A program made the translations under genes and the position numbers. A stretch of DNA of 64,000 nt from the human T2T-CHM13v2.0 reference genome, Homo sapiens: NCBI RefSeq assembly GCF_009914755.1, contig NC_060937.1; one strand, given 5' to 3'. Numbering within the stretch: position 1 is the stretch's first letter; the number at the start of each line of letters is the position of its first letter. The notes under the pieces are model-generated. The model was not told the DNA's origin. It ran no database searches and saw nothing but the letters and a program-made list of their open reading frames with translations. Shown piece by piece: positions 56,801-64,000 of the stretch.

Positions 56801-56870
56801 TCAGGATTCATTTTTTTAAGTATTCCTTTCTTTGCCTTGCTGAGATCTGTACAGGAAATGTCTTGGGGTA

Positions 56871-57437
56871 GAGAGAGACAGAGAAAGAAGGAAGTGGAGA
56901 GAAAAAGAGAGGGAGATGGAAAAGGGAAAGGAGTAGGGGAGGGAGATGAGGAGGAAGAGGAGGAGAACTAAGAGGAAGAGGAGGAGGGGAAGCAGTGGGC
57001 AGGAAGACAAGGAGAAGGGGGAGGAGGAGGAGAAAGGAGGGGGGAGAAGGAGGAGGGGGGAGAAGGAGGAGGGGGGAGGAGGGGAGGGGGGAGGAGGAGG
57101 AGGGGGGAGAAGGAGGAGGGGGGAGGAGGGGAGGGGGGAGGAGGAGGAGGGGAGGGAGGAGGAGGGGAGGGAGGAGGAGGAGAATGAGGAGGGGGAGGGG
57201 GAGGAGAATGGGGAGGAGGAGGAGAAGGGGGAGGAGGAGGAGAAGGAGGAGGAGAAGGGGGAGGAGGAGGAGGAGAAGGGGAGGAGGAGGAGAAGGGGGA
57301 GGAAGAGGGGGAGGAGGAGGAGAAGGGGGAGGAGGAGGAGAAGGAGGAGGAGAAGGGGGAGGAGGAGGAGGAGAAGTGGGAGGAGGAGGAGAACAGGGAG
57401 GAGGAGGAGAAGGAGGAGAACGGCAGGAGGAGAAAGA
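56871..57437. repeat. GA-rich low-complexity / (GGA)n minisatellite-like tract
   Basis: Nearly pure purine strand with a recurring unit GAGGAGGAG(GAG)AAGGGG. Confidence 0.95.
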
Positions 57438-58267
57438 GCAACGCTAACTGGCTTAATACCCCACCTGAAAAAGCACAGGAATTATTGGTCAAAGGTAATA
57501 GAAAGTATTACCTAGTGGTTCCTAACACTTCTGCCATCAAATATCCCCATGACAAATGAATGGACAACAGGAAATAAAGTATGACTGAATTCTGCCCAGT
57601 CAAGATTTGTGTACATAACATTTGTATATAAACCACGTCTTAATAGAACAAAAATATCCATTTAGAGCTTCGTAATGAGGGAAGGTTTTCAAACCTGCTT
57701 CTTGCTAATATGGAATCTATAAACATCTGTTAACTCCTCAAGATGTTTGGGTTATTGATGGGGAGAGTGTCAGGTTCAGTCCACAACACAGGAATCGTGT
57801 GGTCAGTTGCAAGCCCAGGATTGCTAACTACTGTCCACGGTAGCTGGGAAAGCCATCCTAGGGAAAATCAAAAAGCATCGATCCCATTCTGAAGCTGAGT
57901 CACAAACATTTGGAAACTGAAGACAGAGATCGTCATTAAAACTGAGGTGTGCTTGTGGAGTTTGTTAAATCTTCTTGCTGTGACATGAAAATAGAACTGC
58001 GCTGATCAAAATGCACATCAGCTTTTGCTTAAGTGCATCGTAAAGAACCCCTTGGCCCATTCAAAAAATGTATTATGATTATTTCTTCATATTCTAATAA
58101 ACAACTATGACACATTCCATTAGATTATTCTTGTTTCTTGAATATGTGTCCATTATCCGTTCAAGAAGATTTTTTTGAGTCTGTCACTCCTAAAGAAAGA
58201 TTATGCTTCCTTTTATTGGAAAACAAAAACAAAACAACAACAAAATATGTATATATATGAAGATATA

Positions 58268-58281
58268 TGTGTGTGTGTGTA

Positions 58282-58325
<44 letters not shown>
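58268..58325. repeat. (TG)n followed by a (TATC)11 tetranucleotide STR
   Basis: Read directly; 11 TATC units at 58282-58325. Confidence 0.95.
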
Positions 58326-58327
<2 letters not shown>

Positions 58328-58897
58328 CACATTTCTCTTTATTGCTTGTCCAGGTTACTATTAATCACAGTAAAGACACAACATAATGATTTGGCTTCAC
58401 TTTATCCATTGTCACCAAATAAAGTTCTATTTTAAGTTCTGTTTTAATTTTAAGGTCCAATAAAAAATGACTACCATTATATAATATTTCATTTTTTCAA
58501 AAATAAAAAGTTTAAACAGTTGTTTTTGTTTTATCATAAAAATTCAAGGCATTTGACCTTGTCTCACTCACCCAAATTTATTGAAGAAAATTCATAGGCA
58601 TTCCACATATATCTTCCAATAAATTTCAAATTCTAAGTTGGATTCTTCCTAAGGCATTTAAATATTTCTGTGTTCATTCTTAGAGGAAGAAAATGCTGAA
58701 AATTTTTTTAAAAACAATTTTAAAAGAAATAGAAATTTCATAAAGATTTTTCTACTCTGTTGGTTTGGAAGTAATTTTTGTTAGTGGTTACTCTAAAAAT
58801 TACAATGCCCATGCTTAATTTATTAGTGTAATCTACCCTAATCAATATTTTTATCTTCCTTTTTCAAAACACAAGGACATTAGCAAATATAACTGCA

Positions 58898-59364
58898 TGT
58901 GATAGTCATAGAAATATGTATCTCAGATTTTCTGCTGTGTGGAGCATAGATGACTTTCAGCCCCAGCTATGGCCTCTCTGGACCCTTCACTGATTTCATA
59001 CCAAGGCCACACTTCCCCTAGGCTACTACCATGCCTTCCCCAGACTGACCACAATGGGGGTTGTAATGTCAGCCCATTCCTACCCAATGCAGAATTCTCT
59101 GATGGGCAACTCTTGCTTGAGAAGTTATCATAGGCCTGGTTGAATCATTCTTAAATGTTTCATGTGTTGCAGTCTGATACTTTCCTTACCCTGTAGTTTT
59201 TCCTCTTCTCTTTTTATATGTGTCTGAATTATATTGTGGTCTGAAGGTTCTCCCGACCTTCTCTGATTGCTCCACTTTTTCTTTCATAGATGTTTTCCTT
59301 CATCAATCTCTTGCATGTCTAAATCCCATTCAATATCTTCTTCTTGAGGTCCCAAACTAACACA
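58898..59364 (+). mobile_element. LTR16B-like ERVL solo LTR
   Basis: tgtgatagtcat...ctcagattttctgctg...ggccacacttcccc...tctcttgcatgtctaaatccc...cccaaactaacaca. Confidence 0.8.
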
Positions 59365-59908
59365 ATTCACTTATTTACTTACTGATTACGTGACGTTGTT
59401 GTTGGATAGATCATTTCTCTTTTGAATCTCATGAGAAACTGCTATTCTTTTACACAACCAAGATTCATCTACACAAAACCAATATTTACTGATTTTTTTT
59501 GTACTTTATTCCTTTTGCATCTCAGTTCTTCCACCTAAAATAATTTTTCTTCTGGAGGAATTTCCTTAGGATTCATTAGAATCCTCTAATTTTGGATTGA
59601 AATTATTAATATTTTTGAAAGTGAGTTTATGTGTATTAAACCCTATCTCTTTTGACTGCTTTTAGTATATCTACCGCTGTGCCTCACTAGGTGGCATTCT
59701 GAGAATTTTTTTCTCATTTACCTTCTAGCTTATGAATTTCCTTTTTACTTATTTCAAATTGGCTGATATATTTAACCGTTATGTTTTTTAATATTTGCTT
59801 TATTTTTTAAATTTCTATTTTGAAGAAAGCCTCTATAATGTTTTGTTAGTATTTCTAAGCTTGTTTTTATTCTTTTAAGTTAGTGATAATTGTTTTATCA
59901 TTTTTTGA

Positions 59909-60202
<294 letters not shown>

Positions 60203-61470
60203 TGATATTTAAATATTTGAAGTCCCATGGGTCTGTTTCTGTTTGTTGTTCCTGTTGATTTTCACACATGGTGATTTTCTTCCTTGTGAATTCACAGCTT
60301 GAGGATTTGGGGCAGTGGAGAGTAAACCAGGAGATGTAAATGTAGGCTGTATATCCATAGGAGGAATTCTGGTGATTACATCTTCTCAGTGATGACATCC
60401 CTTGCCTTGCATTCCAGTTGGCTCTGTTCAGTGTCAAACAATCTTTCATTCACTCCCAGGAGACTACCAATACCCAAGTTCAAGTTCACAAGTTTTGGTA
60501 ACATGTCATCAGCACAAAACCAGTCTCAGAAGCCCACTCAGAACCCGTCTGTGTTCCCACTTTTATTTAGATTTTGGTTTGATAATTTCTTACTCTATTG
60601 TCAGTTCTGCAATACTTTAAAAAGTACCTTAAAAATATATTCTACAAAACATACATAGTTGTTTTCAGTGGAGTACTTTGTCTAAATAATCTAGCTCCTC
60701 ATATAACTGGAATGTGAACTTCTAACACAGCTTATAAAAGTAATATAGGAATAGTTCATTTTAGAAAAATATTCATAAAAGTTTTTACAGATATTTTGCA
60801 TTAATTTTCTAGATGCCTTAGAATGTTTGGCGTGGGCCACATTGAGATTATCAAACAAAAGAGATTTGTTATTTTTAGTTGATTTTCCAAACAAATTACC
60901 ATTATGGGTACACAATTGATTATTTAGATATTGAAGATATAGTAATTCCTATACCATTGCTTGCATCAGACAGCGCCATATCTGAATAGAGTGGGGATTG
61001 TGTTTTTCACTGTAGTCAATATTCCTACTTTTTAGGCTAGCATAATTAATGAAAATATCTGTTATTTCACAAAAGACGCACTAACAAAATTTAAGCTCTG
61101 GGTCCATCATACAATATGCTCAGATGAGCACAACTTTAAACAAAATTTAAGATATTCATGTGGACCCTCTCATAACAATAATTACTAGATATGGCATGAG
61201 TGCATTAGTAGGTAACGGTTTACTATATCTACACCCTAGTGTGAAAGAGTTAAGTCAGTGTGAGTTGAGCAAACACATGCTTATTGGCTCAATCCTACTT
61301 ATCAGACAGTAAATGAGGTAGCAATGAACCTTGACCTACCTAGGTATATTCATAATCATCATTTGCCATTTGATTGGGATTTATCCAGAAACTGAGTCTC
61401 AACAGAACAATCTCACTATCAATTTAGCAAGGAAAATAATCTAGCGAGATGAGTGAAAATAGCAGAGGTT

Positions 61471-61779
<309 letters not shown>

Positions 61780-62019
61780 GAAAATAGCAGAAGCCATCAT
61801 CCAGGAAGCACAAGACAGACTGTTTGATCTAGTTGTAAGCCAATTTCTTTTTGCTTTAAAATTCATTGTACATTGCCCTAGAGGGAAATAGGAAAATATA
61901 TCTTCATCTTTATTTCCTAAGTTTATCTTGCTAGTTTTCTTTCCTTTCTTGCTCCAGATTTTGACCTCATAGACATTTTGGTTCTATTGTGATATTGGCC
62001 TCTACCTACACAGAGGTCC

Positions 62020-62390
62020 TTGTTCTTTCATTTATTTAACAATCTATGCATTCAAGAAATATTTATTGAGCAAATACTATGTGTACAGCACTATCTAGAA
62101 GCTAAGAATCCAGTGGTTGAGAAGACAGATGCAAACCTTATTGACAAGTTAATTTTCTAATGTGATAAAAGAGAAAATAAATATGTGGAGTAGTAAGTAA
62201 GTTCAGAGAGTGAAAAAGAAACGTTACAAATAAAATACAACAAAGCCTTGGTAGAGAGAGTCGTGGAGGTAGGGTGACAGAAAGAGGGTTTGTAAACTGA
62301 GCTACAGAAATCAGAAAGTCTACCTGAAGAGGTAATATCTGGGCTGAGACTGTGGTGATGTAAAGGAAATAACCATGTGAGGATTTACTT
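62020..62390 (-). mobile_element. L2 3' end
   Basis: cattcaagaaatatttattgagcaaatactatgtgtacagcact. Confidence 0.75.
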
Positions 62391-62595
62391 AGTTATTAAA
62401 TGAAAATCACCGGGCCCAGGAACTGGTACGTGCTGTTTACCATCCTATCTCATCTTCTCTCTAACCCAATATCCTATGTCTTTCTGTCCTCTTAATTCTA
62501 AGGGTAAAATAATATCCAAAGAAGCAAAAGTAAGCAGAAACTGTGGAAAAGAAAAATAAATTCATGTAGACATGCAAATGCCAATAGAAATATTA

Positions 62596-62979
<384 letters not shown>

Positions 62980-63479
62980 TTAAAGTTTTGTGAAGAGATA
63001 CAAGTGTTTTTGTTTTTCAAATTTCTGTGCAGGAGTAAAGGAAGTAGAATTGTTAACCTTGTAATCAGAAAGCTGAGGTGTACTTTTCGGCACATATGAT
63101 ACTATTAGACAGAGGATGATGACCAAGTGTTCTCTTTATCTACAAAGCTATTTATGTTTGCAATGGTGCATGAGAGATACACATGAGAGAAATGCTGTAA
63201 CCAGAATCTGCCTAGATTTTTACAAACAAAAAATACTTCTATCTCTCCTTTAGACTTTTACCAGATTCATTTCCACCTAAAAACTTACAGCCATGAATTA
63301 GAATGAGTGAACCCTGGATCAGTGTCAAAAATCACAAAGTTTGCTGTGATTTTTCTGAGGCCACGCACAGAGACCTTCTAAGACAGCACAGCTATGAAAT
63401 GATGCTTTCAGATTCATTACCAAAGGATTTACATTGCATTTAATAATGAGCTGAACAGAAACAACTTCCAATGTGGATT

Positions 63480-63645
63480 ACACCAATTTTTATGTTGGTG
63501 GCTTTAGGCAAATTACTTAACCTCTCTGGACTTTTAACTTTGTCATCTGACTATGTGACGAATAACACTTATCTCAAGGGTTTTCTGAAGAAGAAATAAC
63601 GAACTGTATATGAAGACGCCTGCTGCGTGGGGTATGCTACCATTA
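63480..63645 (+). mobile_element. MIR SINE
   Basis: gctttaggcaaattacttaacctctctg...tcatctg...acacttatctcaaggg. Confidence 0.75.
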
Positions 63646-64000
63646 GATAGGATGTAAATTAAACTTCCAAGGACTGACATGATCATGAGAGATGACCGCA
63701 CATTTTAATAAGCTCAAATACTTTCATTAAAACAGACAGAGCAACTGGGAAAATAAAGAAATGTCTTTATTTGGAAAACAGTCTCAACAAATTTAGATGA
63801 AAAAGTGCCACCCAGTCTCAGAGTACAAACTGGTGAGGACAAATACCCTGAGTGGGCATAACATCCATCAGAGGAAGAAGCAAAGGCTGGTTGTTTTTAA
63901 ATCTCAATAGCTCAGGAATCCAGAAGGGGCCAATAAGTGCCCTGAAAGGAGGAACTAAAAGAAGTAGAACTCTCAGCAAGGAGATCAAAGAAGAAACTGA

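Noticed and set aside
56946-57515. Longest ORFs in the window (189, 174 and 150 aa; Glu/Arg/Gly/Pro-rich)
   Set aside because: They are open on both strands only because the GGA repeat lacks stop codons. I see no domain, splice or promoter support.
63078-63125. Faint U6 snRNA-like words (ttcggcacatat...acagag)
   Set aside because: Too short and gapped; the rest of U6 is absent

Overview
AT-rich, CpG-depleted primate genomic DNA, most likely human or another ape (AluY, AluS, L1PA and THE1 elements are present). It looks like a gene desert or the interior of a large intron. I find no credible protein-coding exon, RNA gene, CpG island or CRISPR array, and I cannot name the locus. The ORFs I could interpret trace to Alu, L1, MaLR or low-complexity sequence. 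Roughly half the window is interspersed repeat: a full-length THE1D MaLR provirus, 14 Alus, several L1MA/L1M/L1PA copies, solo LTRs (MST, MLT1, MER65, MER76-like, MER31/67-like, LTR16), and L2, MIR, MER5 and MER58 relics. Repeat subfamily names come from recalled consensus sequences, not from a search, and boundaries of old repeats are approximate. I see no evidence for a new multi-gene system. The most interesting signals are small: an 80-bp quasi-palindrome carrying TCF/LEF motifs, a ~560-bp (GGA)n-type purine tract, repeat-poor enhancer-like blocks at 29-33 kb and 36-37.5 kb, an AluY with unexpectedly diverged target-site duplications (TSDs), and an orphan poly(A) insertion candidate.
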